DNA of 64,000 nt from an uncultured Mycobacterium sp. (lineage in GTDB: Bacteria; Actinomycetota; Actinomycetes; Mycobacteriales; Mycobacteriaceae), in the NCBI GenBank assembly GCA_964525125.1, contig CAZGGK010000012.1, positions 16,533 through 80,532 on the forward strand. Reading direction: 5' to 3'. The notes under the pieces are model-generated. The model was not told the origin of the DNA and searched no databases. It worked only from the letters and a program-made list of their open reading frames with translations. Below, one piece after another: positions 1 to 12,166 of the stretch (its first letter is position 1; every line of letters starts with the position of its first letter). The position numbers were made by a program, and so were the translations under genes.

Positions 1-24
1 GCGCTGTGTCGCCGACTGGGTCAC
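1..24 (-). CDS. bioB: 5' end of probable biotin synthase (runs off the window edge)
   Basis: GTG at 24 preceded by AAGGGAG RBS; reads MTQSATQR, resembling the mycobacterial BioB N-terminus; divergent from bioQ as in other mycobacteria. Only 8 codons are visible. Confidence 0.6.
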
Positions 25-47
25 CCGGGGCTCCCTTGCTCGTCATG

Positions 48-68
48 AACTTGAACGGTGTTCAAGTT
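48..68. promoter_or_regulatory. BioQ operator (TGAAC-N3-GTTCA) between divergent bioB and bioQ
   Basis: Perfect inverted repeat AACTTGAAC-GGT-GTTCAAGTT; abuts a -10-like TATGGT (68-73) 6 nt before the bioQ GTG. Confidence 0.85.
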
Positions 69-79
69 ATGGTAGCGGG

Positions 80-679
80 GTGCAACTGCACCGGGACGAC
101 GTGGTCGCCGCGGCCACGGCGATCCTGGACAACTACGGGATGGCCGATCTGACCATGCGGCGGCTGGCCCGCGAACTCGACATCAGCCCGGGCGGGCTGT
201 ACTGGCACTTCGCCAACAAGCAACAGTTGCTCGGCGCGGTCGCCGACCGGGTGCTGGATCAGGTCGGCACCGGATCCGGTCAGGGCGGCTGGCGGCACCG
301 GATCCATGCGCTGTGCGGCCGGGTGCGCGATGCGCTGCTGTCCCACACCGACGGGGCCGAGCTGGTGTCGGCAAGTTTCGCGGCGGGCCAGTCGAGTCGC
401 GTGCCGGAGGTGCTGGGGCTGCTCGCCGACGCCGCCATCGAGGCCGGCCTGGACTCTGAGCAGGCCGCACTGGCGGCACGCACCCTGATCTACTACGTGC
501 TGGGGGCCACCGCCGACGAGCAGTCCCGACGGCAGTGGGTTAGCGCCGGCGCACTCGCCGACGCTGCGGCGCCGGTGGCCGGGTTCGAGTTCGGGCTGCG
601 GCTGCTGACCGACGGGCTGGCGGTGCGGTCAACGCCCGATCGGGTGTTCGACGCGCTTGTCGCCCTCCCACCGGCGTAG
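80..679 (+). CDS. bioQ: TetR-family biotin regulator BioQ
   Basis: TetR HTH (LTMRRLARELDISPGGLYWHF) plus TetR_C-like domain; located in the biotin locus next to the operator. Confidence 0.85.
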   Translation: MQLHRDDVVAAATAILDNYGMADLTMRRLARELDISPGGLYWHFANKQQLLGAVADRVLDQVGTGSGQGGWRHRIHALCGRVRDALLSHTDGAELVSASFAAGQSSRVPEVLGLLADAAIEAGLDSEQAALAARTLIYYVLGATADEQSRRQWVSAGALADAAAPVAGFEFGLRLLTDGLAVRSTPDRVFDALVALPPA

Positions 680-1141
680 CCCGGCGAAGCCGCCCGGCAG
701 CTGCGCCGGCCGGCCCGCGATCCGCAGCGCCCGCCCGAGCTGGGCGCCGTGGACCCGCCGGGCCAGCGTGACGTGCGGGGTCCACTGCCCGGGCAGGCTG
801 TTCGGCGCCGGCGCCGTCGCCAGGTACGGCCGACTGTGCCGGTGCGCGGCGGCGTGCAGCGCCAGCAACTCCGCCGTCGGCACCACCAGCCGGGCCAGTA
901 CCGGACTCCCCCGGCCGAACAGCACCGGGGCCCCGATGGTGCACGGCAGCGGCAGCTGACCGGTCAGCTCGGTCAGCGCGGCATCGGCGGCTGCGGCGAT
1001 CCGGTCGCTGACCACCAGCGTCACGTGCGGTCGGCTGGCCGGCGCCTGACTGGGGATGCCCGCGGCCGCGAGCGCATCCCAGACCTGCCTGATCGCGGCC
1101 TCGGTGTCGCCGTCGAAGACCAGCTCGATGGTGTGCACCAT
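629..1141 (-). CDS. 2'-5' RNA ligase-like (2H phosphoesterase) protein, Rv1571-like
   Basis: Two HxT motifs (PHVTL twice); coupled to the bioD stop. Confidence 0.8.
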   Translation of the reverse strand: MVHTIELVFDGDTEAAIRQVWDALAAAGIPSQAPASRPHVTLVVSDRIAAAADAALTELTGQLPLPCTIGAPVLFGRGSPVLARLVVPTAELLALHAAAHRHSRPYLATAPAPNSLPGQWTPHVTLARRVHGAQLGRALRIAGRPAQLPGGFAGLRRWEGDKRVEHPIGR

Positions 1142-1818
1142 CAGCCGGCCAACGTCCGCACCCAGTCGCTGTCGAAGGCCTGCGCGCTCATCGCGACGAA
1201 TCCCGCGGCGTCCAGCGCACCGGCCCCGGCGGGCAGTGCCGCCCGCACCGGTGCCAGCCGGGCCAGCGCGGCCAGGTTGGAGACGTGCACGGCATCCGGC
1301 TCGGCGGGCCGGCTGCCGATGACCAGCCCGGCGCAGCCCAGCCCGCGGGTGGCCAGCGCCTCCAGCGTCAACGCGGTGTGGTTGAGGGTGCCCAGTCCGG
1401 CATCGGTGACCACCAGCACCGGCGCGTGCAGGTCGGTTGCCAGGTCGCGCAGCGTGACGCCCGCGGTGAGTTCCACCAGCAGGCCACCGGCCCCCTCGAC
1501 CAGGGTCAGTCGCCCCGGTGCGTCCAGCGCTGCGGCGAAGTCCACCAGTTGGGAGCGGGTCGGCAGCGGGGTGCCGGCCTGCTCGGCGGCCGCCAGCGGC
1601 GCCATCGGCTGCGGATACCGCGCCAGCCCGGCCAGTTCGGTGACGCCGGCCAATCGGGCAATCTCGGCCAGGTCGTCGTCGCCGGCGGCGGTGCCGGTCT
1701 GCACCGGTTTGCCCACCGCCACATCCAGACCGAGAAGTCGGGCGTGACAGGCCAGCGCCGCCGTCGCCACCGTCTTGCCGACCCCGGTGCCGGTGCCGGT
1801 GACGACCAGGACCGTCAT
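1141..1818 (-). CDS. bioD: Dethiobiotin synthetase
   Basis: [10 protein letters not shown]-loop, KPVQTG, VEGAGG, GTLNHT; ATG at 1818 overlaps the bioF stop. Confidence 0.95.
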   Translation of the reverse strand: MTVLVVTGTGTGVGKTVATAALACHARLLGLDVAVGKPVQTGTAAGDDDLAEIARLAGVTELAGLARYPQPMAPLAAAEQAGTPLPTRSQLVDFAAALDAPGRLTLVEGAGGLLVELTAGVTLRDLATDLHAPVLVVTDAGLGTLNHTALTLEALATRGLGCAGLVIGSRPAEPDAVHVSNLAALARLAPVRAALPAGAGALDAAGFVAMSAQAFDSDWVRTLAG

Positions 1819-2969
1819 GGCCGCGCGGCCGACAGGGCGATCCTCAGCGCCCGCCGCGCCACCTCGAGTTCCTCGACGCTCAGCGACGCCCGTGCCGTCA
1901 GCCGCAGCCGCGACGTTCCGGCCGGCACCGTCGGCGGCCGGAAGCAGCCGACCCGCACCCCGACGTCCAGGCAGGCGGCGGCCGCCGCCAGCGCCGCCTG
2001 CGGATCGCCCAGGATCACCGACACCACCGCGGACTGCGGCGTTTCGGTCACGTCGCAGACATCGGCCAGGGTGGCGGCGTGCCGCAGCACCGCCTCGGGT
2101 CGCCACGGCTCCGCAGTCAGGACGCCCAGCGCGGCCAGTGCGGCGCCCGCCGCGGCCGGCGCCAGGCCGGTGTCGAAGATGAACGGCCGGGCGGTGTTGA
2201 TCAGGTGGTCCCGCACGGTGTTGCCGGCGAGAACGACCCCGCCCTGGCTGCCCAGTGCCTTGGACAGCGTCGCGGTGACCACCACGTCTTGCGCCCCGGC
2301 CAGCCCGACTTCGTGGACCAGCCCGCGCCCGCCGGCGCCCCGCACCCCGATGCCGTGCGCCTCGTCGACGATCAGCAGGGCGCCGTGCCGGTGGCAGACC
2401 CGGTGCAGTTCACGCAGTGGCGCCAGGGCGCCGTCGGCGGAGAACACCGAGTCGGTGACGACCACCGCGCGCTGCTCGGCGCGGGTGGACAGGGCCGCTT
2501 CAACGGCGGCGACGTCGCGGTGCGGGGTGACCACCACCCGCGCCCGCGACAGCCGGCAGGCATCCACCAGGGAGGCGTGCGAGTGCGCGTCGGACACCAG
2601 CAGCGACCCCGGCCCGGACAGCCCGACCACCGCACCCAGGTTGGCGGTGTATCCGGAGGAGAACACCAGCCCGGCCGGCATGCCGGCGAAGTCGGCCAGC
2701 GCCGTCTCCAGTTCGCGATGCAACTCGGTGTCGCCGGTGACCAGTCGGGAGCCGGTGGCACCGGCACCCCAGGTGCGCAGGGCCCGCACGCCGCCGTCGA
2801 TGACGGCCGGATGCTGGGACAGGCCCAGGTAGTCGTTGGACGCCAGGTCGACCTCGGGAGCCACCGTGGGTCGTGACCGCAGGGTGCGGTGCAGACCGGC
2901 CGACCGGCGCTGCTGGTCGGCCTCCACCAGCCAGGCCAGCGCGGTGGTCTCGATCTCTGCGCCCGTCAT
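1815..2969 (-). CDS. bioF: 8-amino-7-oxononanoate synthase
   Basis: [28 protein letters not shown]-lysine motif. Confidence 0.95.
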   Translation of the reverse strand: MTGAEIETTALAWLVEADQQRRSAGLHRTLRSRPTVAPEVDLASNDYLGLSQHPAVIDGGVRALRTWGAGATGSRLVTGDTELHRELETALADFAGMPAGLVFSSGYTANLGAVVGLSGPGSLLVSDAHSHASLVDACRLSRARVVVTPHRDVAAVEAALSTRAEQRAVVVTDSVFSADGALAPLRELHRVCHRHGALLIVDEAHGIGVRGAGGRGLVHEVGLAGAQDVVVTATLSKALGSQGGVVLAGNTVRDHLINTARPFIFDTGLAPAAAGAALAALGVLTAEPWRPEAVLRHAATLADVCDVTETPQSAVVSVILGDPQAALAAAAACLDVGVRVGCFRPPTVPAGTSRLRLTARASLSVEELEVARRALRIALSAARP

Positions 2970-2973
2970 CGAC

Positions 2974-4278
2974 TTAGAGACTACGAGAGCCGGTGTCCGC
3001 GGCGACCTCGACCATGGCCGCGGTGATCCGGACGATCTCGGCAGGGGTGCAGACGAACGGCGGCATGGCGTACACCAGGTTGCGGAACGGCCGCAGCCAG
3101 ACACCGTGGCGCAACCCGATCGGGGTGGCGGCGGCAAGGTCGACCGGGCGGTCGCATTCGATGACGCCGATGGCGCCGCAGACCCGCACATCTGTCACCC
3201 CGGGCAGATGCCGGGCCGGCTCCAGACCGTCCCGCAGCCCCCGGCCGATTGCGGCGACCGTCGCCCGCCAGTCCAGGCCGAGCAGCAACTCCACGCTGGC
3301 CACCGAGACCGCGCAGGCCAGCGGGTTGGCCATGAAGGTGGGTCCGTGCATGAGCGCGCCGGCTTCGCCCGAGCCGATGGCGCCTGCCAGTTCGGTGCCG
3401 CACAGCGTCGCAGCCAGGCCCAGACAGCCGCCGGTCAGCGCCTTGCCGACGCACATGACGTCCGGGCTGACACCGGCGTGATCGGCGGCGAACAGCTCGC
3501 CGGTGCGACCGAAACCGGTGGCGATCTCGTCGAAGATCAGCAGCACGTCGTGGCGGCGGGTGATGTCGCGCAGGTCGCTCAGGTATCGGGGGTCGTGGAA
3601 GCGCATGCCGCCGGCACCCTGCACCACCGGTTCGACGATCACCGCGGCCAACTCGTCGGCATGCTCGATCAGCTGGGCTTCGAAGGCCGCGCTGTAGGCG
3701 GGGTCGTAGTCGCCGGGCACCTGGGGAGCGAACAGCTGGGTGGCCAGGATGTCGGTCCACAGCTGGTGCATGCCGCCGTCGGGGTCGCAGACGCTCATCG
3801 CGGCGAAGGTGTCACCGTGGTAACCGCCGCGCCAGGTCATCAACCGGTGCTTGCCGGGGCGGCCGCGGGCACGCCAGTACTGCAGCACCATCTTGATCGC
3901 CACCTCGACGGCCACCGAACCGGAGTCGCTGAAGAAGACGGTGTCCAGTCCGGCCGGGGTGATCGCCACCAGCAGTTGCGCCAACCGGGCGGCCGGCTCA
4001 TGGGTCAGCCCGCCGAACATGACGTGGCTCATGACACCGATCTGGTCGGTCAGCGCGGCGTCGAGCGCCGGGTGGCCGTGGCCGTGGATCGCCGTCCACC
4101 AGGAGCTCATCGCGTCCAGCACCCGGATCGGCTCGCCGTCGACGACCACCGTCAGCCAGGCGCCGCGGGCGGCCGTCACCACCAGCGGGGCAGGTCCTTG
4201 CGCGCCGATGGTGCTGTAGGGGTGCCACAGGTGCGCGGTGTCGATCGCGCTGATCTGCTCGGGCGTCAGCGGGGGCAC
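2974..4278 (-). CDS. bioA: Adenosylmethionine-8-amino-7-oxononanoate aminotransferase
   Basis: [36 protein letters not shown]. Confidence 0.95.
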   Translation of the reverse strand: MPPLTPEQISAIDTAHLWHPYSTIGAQGPAPLVVTAARGAWLTVVVDGEPIRVLDAMSSWWTAIHGHGHPALDAALTDQIGVMSHVMFGGLTHEPAARLAQLLVAITPAGLDTVFFSDSGSVAVEVAIKMVLQYWRARGRPGKHRLMTWRGGYHGDTFAAMSVCDPDGGMHQLWTDILATQLFAPQVPGDYDPAYSAAFEAQLIEHADELAAVIVEPVVQGAGGMRFHDPRYLSDLRDITRRHDVLLIFDEIATGFGRTGELFAADHAGVSPDVMCVGKALTGGCLGLAATLCGTELAGAIGSGEAGALMHGPTFMANPLACAVSVASVELLLGLDWRATVAAIGRGLRDGLEPARHLPGVTDVRVCGAIGVIECDRPVDLAAATPIGLRHGVWLRPFRNLVYAMPPFVCTPAEIVRITAAMVEVAADTGSRSL

Positions 4279-4344
4279 GGTGATCGAGCGTAGACCGTGC
4301 GGTAGCGGCTGCCGACCCGCTGCGGGGTGCGGCCACGGCCTCCG

Positions 4345-4402
4345 CCAACGTGAATCCTGCGACGCGCCACACCGGCGCCGGCGTCGCGGTTCGCACGCTC
4401 GC
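4345..4402. repeat. Imperfect palindromic (REP-like) element between bioA and ripD
   Basis: CGTG..GCGACGC arm pairs with GCGTCGC..CACG arm. Confidence 0.45.
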
Positions 4403-4466
4403 GGCGGGTGGGAATGAGAGCCAAATCACAACTGCGACCGAAAGATTGGGCTCAGATGCAGCGGCG

Positions 4467-4482
4467 GTCACCGTTGGGTCAC
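4467..4482 (+). promoter_or_regulatory. Candidate MtrA/GlnR-type box (GTCAC-N6-GTCAC) upstream of ripD
   Basis: Direct repeat GTCAC-CGTTGG-GTCAC with 11-bp period upstream of a peptidoglycan-related gene. Confidence 0.45.
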
Positions 4483-4599
4483 AGGACACCAAAGATTGCC
4501 GTCCGCGGGCCGATAGGTCCCCGAACCGGCGGTAACCTTCAGTTACTGAAGTGATTCAAGTGGCTGCTGTGGAATTCAGCGGCTAGGAGGTGGAACACC

Positions 4600-5310
4600 A
4601 TGAGACGCATCCATGCTGTCGCGACCGGTGCTGCGCTGGCGCTGAGTTCGGCACTGGCCCCGGCGCTGGTCAGCCCCGCGGTGGCGGGCGCCGACCAGTA
4701 CACCTGGCCGGCCGGTTCGAACAAGCCGATCGAGATCGTGATCCAGCGCGCGCTCTCCCAGCGGGGCGTGCCGTACGTCTACGGCGGCGGTGGCGTGTCC
4801 GGGCCGACCAACGGGGTGCGGCCCGACAGCAAGACCCTGCCGGGTGCTGTTCCGGGTGCGGCGCCCGGTCTCGTCCCGGGCGCAGTCCCGGGTGCCGTTT
4901 CGGGCACAGTCCCGGGCACTGTTCCGGGTGCCGTTCCGGGTGCCGTTCCGGGTGCCGTTCCGGGCACAGTCCCGGGCACTGTTCCGGGTGCCGTGCCGGG
5001 AGTCGTGCCGGGAGTCGTGCCCGGCTCGGTGGTCGGCTTCGACTCCTCGGGGCTGATCCAGTACGCCTTCGCCGGCGCCGGCATCAAGATGCCGCGCACC
5101 TCCGGCGAACAGTGCAGCGTCGGCCGCAAGGTGCTCCCGGCGCAGGCGCAGCGGGGCGACCTGCTCTGCTACGGCCCGGACGGCACCCAGAGCGTCGCAC
5201 TGTTCCTGGGCAACGGCCAGATGATCGAGGGCACCGAACCCGTCGTCACCGTCTCGGCCGCGCGCACCACCAACATGGTGCCGTACCTGACCCGCATCAT
5301 CGAGTCCTGA
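4600..5310 (+). CDS. ripD: Secreted non-catalytic NlpC/P60 peptidoglycan-binding protein (RipD/Rv1566c-like)
   Basis: Signal peptide, [25 protein letters not shown] (catalytic Cys replaced) and TQSVAL (His replaced); position next to the Rv1565c homologue. Confidence 0.8.
   Translation: MRRIHAVATGAALALSSALAPALVSPAVAGADQYTWPAGSNKPIEIVIQRALSQRGVPYVYGGGGVSGPTNGVRPDSKTLPGAVPGAAPGLVPGAVPGAVSGTVPGTVPGAVPGAVPGAVPGTVPGTVPGAVPGVVPGVVPGSVVGFDSSGLIQYAFAGAGIKMPRTSGEQCSVGRKVLPAQAQRGDLLCYGPDGTQSVALFLGNGQMIEGTEPVVTVSAARTTNMVPYLTRIIES
4840..5031 (+). repeat. 12-bp coding tandem repeat, 16 units encoding (P-G-x-V)n
   Basis: Variants of CCGGGTGCCGTT translating [16 protein letters not shown]. Confidence 0.95.
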
Positions 5311-5313
5311 CCG

Positions 5314-5344
5314 GGGCGGGCCCGTCCGGTGGACGGGCCCGCCC
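5314..5344 (+). terminator. GC-rich hairpin after ripD (probable intrinsic terminator)
   Basis: 14-bp perfect stem GGGCGGGCCCGTCC/GGACGGGCCCGCCC with 3-nt loop, 3 nt after the stop. Confidence 0.7.
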
Positions 5345-5426
5345 GGTCCCGGCAACCACCGCCGGGGGCGCTCCGCGGAAGAGCGCTCGGCTACAGCGCG
5401 AAGGTTGGGTAAATTGGCTATCGATC

Positions 5427-7655
5427 ATGATGACCCTGACCACGGCCCCCGCTGCACCCACCAGCGTTGCGCCGACCGCTTCTGCCGCCCCCGCCGCCAT
5501 GGGGTCCCGGAAGGCCGGCTTCTACCGGCATGACCTGGACGGGTTGCGGGGCGTCGCGATTGCGCTGGTCGCCGTCTACCACGTGTGGTTCGGTCGGGTT
5601 TCCGGCGGCGTGGACGTCTTCCTGGCGCTGTCGGGCTTCTTCTTCGGCGGCAAGCTGCTGCGGGTGGCGCTGAACCCGGCCTCGTCGCTGTCGCCGGTGC
5701 CCGATGTCCTCCGGTTGGTGCGCCGCCTGCTGCCCGCGCTGGTGGTGGTGCTTGCCGCGGCCGCGGTGCTGACCATCCTGGTCCAGCCGCAGACCCGGTG
5801 GGAGACGTTCGCCGATCAGAGCCTGGCCAGCCTGGGCTACTACCAGAACTGGGAACTGGCCCACACCGCGTCGAACTACCTGCGGGCCGGCGAAGCGGTC
5901 AGTCCGTTGCAGCACATCTGGTCGATGTCGGTGCAGGGCCAGTTCTACATCGCGTTTCTGGCATTGATCTTCGGCTTCGCCTTCGTGTTCCGGCGACTGC
6001 TCGGCAACCGGCTGCGGAGCGCGTTCATCGTCCTGCTGGGCGGGCTGACACTCGCCTCGTTCTACTACGCGATCGTCGCGCACCAGGACAATCAGGCCAT
6101 CGCCTACTACAACAGCTTCGCCCGCGCCTGGGAACTGCTGATCGGGGTGCTCGCCGGGGCACTGGTCCCCTACATCCGCTGGCCGCTGTGGCTGCGCACA
6201 GCGGTCGCCACCGTCGCCCTGGTGGCCATCCTCGGCTGCGGGGCATTCATCGACGGCGTCCGGGAGTTCCCCGGCCCCTGGGCACTGGTCCCGATCGGCG
6301 CCACGGTGCTGTTCATCCTGGCCGGCGCCAATCGGCACGCGCACCCCAGCAGCCGCGGAAGGCTGCCGTGGCCGAACCGGTTGCTGGCCGCCGGGCCGCT
6401 GGTGACGCTGGGCGCGATGGCCTATTCGCTGTACCTGTGGCACTGGCCGCTGCTGATCTTCTGGCTCTCCCACACCGGCCATCGGCACGCCACCTTCGCC
6501 GAGGGGACGGCGATCCTGCTGATATCCGGCGTGCTGGCCTACCTGACCACCCGGTTCGTCGAGGACCCGCTGCGCTACCGCGCACCGGTTGGTGCCGGGC
6601 CGACACCAGTGCTGACGATCCCCTGGCAGTCCCCGGCAGGCAGCTGGAATCCGCGGCCGACCGCCGGTCGCTGGTACGGCGTGCTGCGCCGGCCCACGAT
6701 CGCGCTCGGGTCGACGGTCGTGCTGCTGGGTGTGGCACTGACCGCGACCTCGTTCACCTGGCGTGAGCACGTCACCGTGCAACGAGCCGACGGCAAGGAA
6801 CTGGCCGGGCTCAGTTCGCGTGACTACCCGGGTGCTCATGCCCTGACCACCCACATGCGGGTGCCGAAGCTGCGGATGCGGCCCACCATCCTGGAAGCCA
6901 AGAAGGATCTGCCCGCCTCCACCAAGGACGGCTGCATCAGTGACTTCGGCAACGCCGCGGTGATCAACTGCACCTACGGCGACCCCGACGCCACCCGCAC
7001 CATCGCGCTGGCCGGCGGTTCGCATGCCGAACACTGGCTCACCGCGCTGGATCTGCTCGGCCGCACGCACCATTTCAAGGTGGTGACCTACCTGAAGATG
7101 GGCTGCGCGTTGTCCACCGAGAAGGTCCCGCTGATCATGGGCAACAACGCGCCCTACCCGCAGTGCTACGCCTGGGTGCAGAAGGTGATGGACCAGTTGA
7201 TCGCCGACCACCCCGACTTCGTGTTCACCACCTCCACCCGGCCGTGGAACATCAAGCCCGGCGACGTGATGCCGTCCGGCTATGTGGGAATCTGGCAGCG
7301 GTTGTCCGACAACAAGATTCCGATCCTCGGCATGCGAGACACGCCATGGCTGGTTCGCAACGGCGGTCCGTTCGAACCGGCCGACTGCCTGGCCTCCGGC
7401 GGGGACGCGGTGTCCTGCGGGATGAAACGCGCCGATGTCCTGGCCGACCACAACCCGACCCTCGACTTCGTGAAGCAGTTCCCGCTGCTCAAGCCGCTGG
7501 ACCTGTCCGATGCGTTGTGCGGCACCGAGATCTGCCGTGCGGTGGAGGGAAATGTGCTGATCTATCACGACTCCCACCACCTGTCGGCAACCTATGTGCG
7601 AACCCTGGCCACCGAACTCGGCCGGCAACTCGGGTCGGCCACCGGTTGGTGGTGA
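5427..7655 (+). CDS. sucT: Acyltransferase-3/SGNH membrane acyltransferase (Rv1565c/SucT-like cell-wall glycan succinyltransferase)
   Basis: DGLRGVAI, GVDVFLALSGF, HIWSMSVQGQFY, C-terminal GGSHA and DSHH; synteny between ripD and treX. Confidence 0.8.
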   Translation: MMTLTTAPAAPTSVAPTASAAPAAMGSRKAGFYRHDLDGLRGVAIALVAVYHVWFGRVSGGVDVFLALSGFFFGGKLLRVALNPASSLSPVPDVLRLVRRLLPALVVVLAAAAVLTILVQPQTRWETFADQSLASLGYYQNWELAHTASNYLRAGEAVSPLQHIWSMSVQGQFYIAFLALIFGFAFVFRRLLGNRLRSAFIVLLGGLTLASFYYAIVAHQDNQAIAYYNSFARAWELLIGVLAGALVPYIRWPLWLRTAVATVALVAILGCGAFIDGVREFPGPWALVPIGATVLFILAGANRHAHPSSRGRLPWPNRLLAAGPLVTLGAMAYSLYLWHWPLLIFWLSHTGHRHATFAEGTAILLISGVLAYLTTRFVEDPLRYRAPVGAGPTPVLTIPWQSPAGSWNPRPTAGRWYGVLRRPTIALGSTVVLLGVALTATSFTWREHVTVQRADGKELAGLSSRDYPGAHALTTHMRVPKLRMRPTILEAKKDLPASTKDGCISDFGNAAVINCTYGDPDATRTIALAGGSHAEHWLTALDLLGRTHHFKVVTYLKMGCALSTEKVPLIMGNNAPYPQCYAWVQKVMDQLIADHPDFVFTTSTRPWNIKPGDVMPSGYVGIWQRLSDNKIPILGMRDTPWLVRNGGPFEPADCLASGGDAVSCGMKRADVLADHNPTLDFVKQFPLLKPLDLSDALCGTEICRAVEGNVLIYHDSHHLSATYVRTLATELGRQLGSATGWW

Positions 7656-7696
7656 GTTCACCCTCGGCGCTCGACTCCGGCCGATAAGGTCGACTG

Positions 7697-9880
<2,184 letters not shown>

Positions 9881-9883
9881 GAC

Positions 9884-12166
9884 ATGGCCGTTCCGGTTCT
9901 GTCCACCTATCGGTTGCAGCTTCGGGGTCCGGACGGCGGGTTCGGGTTCACCTTCGCAGACGCCGAGAGCCTGCTGGACTACCTGGACGAGCTCGGGGTG
10001 TCACATGTGTACCTGTCCCCGATCCTGACCGCGGTGCACGGCTCGAGCCACGGCTACGACGTCACCGACCCCACCACGGTCTCGGCCGAACTCGGCGGCG
10101 CCGAGGGCTTGGCTCGGCTCTCGCAGGCAGCGCGTTCCCGTGGGATGGGACTGGTGGCCGACATCGTGCCCAACCACGCCGGCGTCGACAAGCCCGACCA
10201 GAACCCGTGGTGGTGGGATGTGTTGCGGCGGGGGCGGGAATCGCCGCATGCGCGGTTCTTCGATATCGACTGGAACCTGGACGACGGCCGGGTCGTGCTG
10301 CCGCTGTTGGGCTCCGACGACGATGTCGCCGATCTGATCGTGGACGGCGAGATGCTGCGGCTGGGTGCGCTGGTGTTGCCGATCGCCCCCGGCACCGCTG
10401 ATGGCACCGGCCCGGAAGTCCATGACCGCCAGCACTACCGGCTCATCGGATGGCGTCGCGGGGTCTGCGGTTACCGCCGGTTCTTCTCGATCAGCTCGCT
10501 GGCCGGCCTGCGGCAGGAGGACCGGGAGGTGTTCGACGCCTCGCACGCCGAGGTGGGCCGCTGGTTCGCCGAGGGTCTGGTCGACGGTGTTCGCGTCGAC
10601 CATCCCGACGGGCTGGCCGACCCGGCCGGGTACCTGGCCTGGCTGCGTGAGTTGACCGGCCCGGGCGCCTGGATCGTGATCGAGAAGATCCTGGCCGCCG
10701 ACGAAGCCCTGGACCCCGCGCTGCCGGTGGCCGGGACCACCGGCTACGACACGCTGCGCGAGATCGGCGGGCTCTTCGTGCAGCCGGCGGGGAAGCCGGT
10801 GCTGACGGCACTGGCCGAATCATGCGGTGCGCCTCCGTCGTTGATCGAACTCAAGGTCACCGCGGCGACGCAGACGCTGGGCAGCGAACTGGCCCGGCTG
10901 CACCGCTGCATCGCGGCGGCGACCGGTGCCGACCATCCGCGGCTCGACGACGCGGTGGCGGGACTGCTCAGCCGTATCGGGGTGTACCGGTGCGACTACC
11001 CGGTCCTGGCCGCGGTGCTGCCGACGGCGTTGGCTGAGACCGAGGCCACCGCACCGGAACTGGGTGCGCCGCTGCAGTTGGTCGCGACGGCGCTGGCCGA
11101 GAATGGCGAGGCAGCGGTGCGGCTGCAGCAGCTCTGTGGCGCGGTGACCGCCAAGGCCACCGAGGACTGCCTGTGCTACCGGGACGCCCGGCTGGTGTCG
11201 CTGAACGAAGTCGGCGGCGACCCGGCCCGCTTCGGGGTGGGCGCCGCGGAGTTCCATCACCGCGCCGCGACCCGGCTGCGGCGATGGCCGCACGCGATGA
11301 CCACCCTGTCCACCCACGACACCAAGCGCGGTGAGGACGTGCGGGCCCGCATCGGTGTGCTTTCCCAGGTGGCTGAGCTGTGGGTGGAGTCGGTGAGCCG
11401 GTGGAGCATGCTGGCCCCGCCCCCGGATTCGGCAACCGGACTGTTCCTGTGGCAGAACATCTTCGGGGTGTGGCCGATGAGCGGCGGGCCGACCGGAACC
11501 GTCCGCGATCGGCTACACGGCTACGCCGAGAAGGCGATCCGCGAGGCGGGAATGCATACCTCGTGGCACGACCCGGACGCCGACTTCGAGGATGCCGTGC
11601 ACCGCTGGCTGGACACCATTCTCGACGGTCCGGTGGCCGACCAGCTGACCGCGCTGGTGGCACAGATCAACCCGCACGCCGAAAGCGATGCGCTGGGCCA
11701 GAAACTGCTCGCGCTGACCGTACCCGGCATACCCGATGTGTACCAGGGCACCGAGCTGTGGGACGACAGCCTGGTCGACCCGGACAACCGCCGCCCGGTG
11801 GATTACCGGGCCCGGCGCGCGGCGCTGCGGACGCGCAATCACCCCAAGCTGCGGGTGGTCAGCGCTGCGTTGCGGTTGCGGCGGGACCGACCGGAAACGT
11901 TTCTGAGCGGCGAATACCATCCGGTGCCGGCGTCCGGGCCGGCCGCCGATCATCTGGTGGCGTTCTGCCGCGGCGCCGACGTGCTGGTGGCGGTGACCCG
12001 CTGGACGGTGCGGCTGGCCGAGACCGGCTGGGGCGAAACCACCTTGGCGCTGCCCGAGGGCCACTGGACCGATCGGCTGACCGGCCTGCCCCGGACCGGC
12101 CTGATACCGGCCGCTCAGTTGTTCGGTGAGCTGCCGGTGGCACTACTGGAGCGCAGCGATGGCTGA
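9884..12166 (+). CDS. treY: Malto-oligosyltrehalose synthase
   Basis: STYRLQ, HGYDVTD, DIVPNH, RVDHPDGL, STHDTKR. Confidence 0.95.
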   Translation: MAVPVLSTYRLQLRGPDGGFGFTFADAESLLDYLDELGVSHVYLSPILTAVHGSSHGYDVTDPTTVSAELGGAEGLARLSQAARSRGMGLVADIVPNHAGVDKPDQNPWWWDVLRRGRESPHARFFDIDWNLDDGRVVLPLLGSDDDVADLIVDGEMLRLGALVLPIAPGTADGTGPEVHDRQHYRLIGWRRGVCGYRRFFSISSLAGLRQEDREVFDASHAEVGRWFAEGLVDGVRVDHPDGLADPAGYLAWLRELTGPGAWIVIEKILAADEALDPALPVAGTTGYDTLREIGGLFVQPAGKPVLTALAESCGAPPSLIELKVTAATQTLGSELARLHRCIAAATGADHPRLDDAVAGLLSRIGVYRCDYPVLAAVLPTALAETEATAPELGAPLQLVATALAENGEAAVRLQQLCGAVTAKATEDCLCYRDARLVSLNEVGGDPARFGVGAAEFHHRAATRLRRWPHAMTTLSTHDTKRGEDVRARIGVLSQVAELWVESVSRWSMLAPPPDSATGLFLWQNIFGVWPMSGGPTGTVRDRLHGYAEKAIREAGMHTSWHDPDADFEDAVHRWLDTILDGPVADQLTALVAQINPHAESDALGQKLLALTVPGIPDVYQGTELWDDSLVDPDNRRPVDYRARRAALRTRNHPKLRVVSAALRLRRDRPETFLSGEYHPVPASGPAADHLVAFCRGADVLVAVTRWTVRLAETGWGETTLALPEGHWTDRLTGLPRTGLIPAAQLFGELPVALLERSDG

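Noticed and set aside
4340..4590. Possible c-di-AMP (ydaO) riboswitch ahead of the NlpC/P60 gene
   Set aside because: Only fragments (GTGAATC, CCCGAACC) match; the GGGGAACC and CGTCAGCTAAC elements are missing. An Infernal search would be decisive.
4840..5031. Tandem repeat as a possible CRISPR array
   Set aside because: Contiguous 12-bp in-frame coding units with no unique spacers and no cas genes.
4590..7655. 1021-aa ORF suggesting a long N-terminal extension of the acyltransferase
   Set aside because: The upstream part is an off-frame shadow of ripD across a terminator hairpin; the plausible start is ATG 5427.
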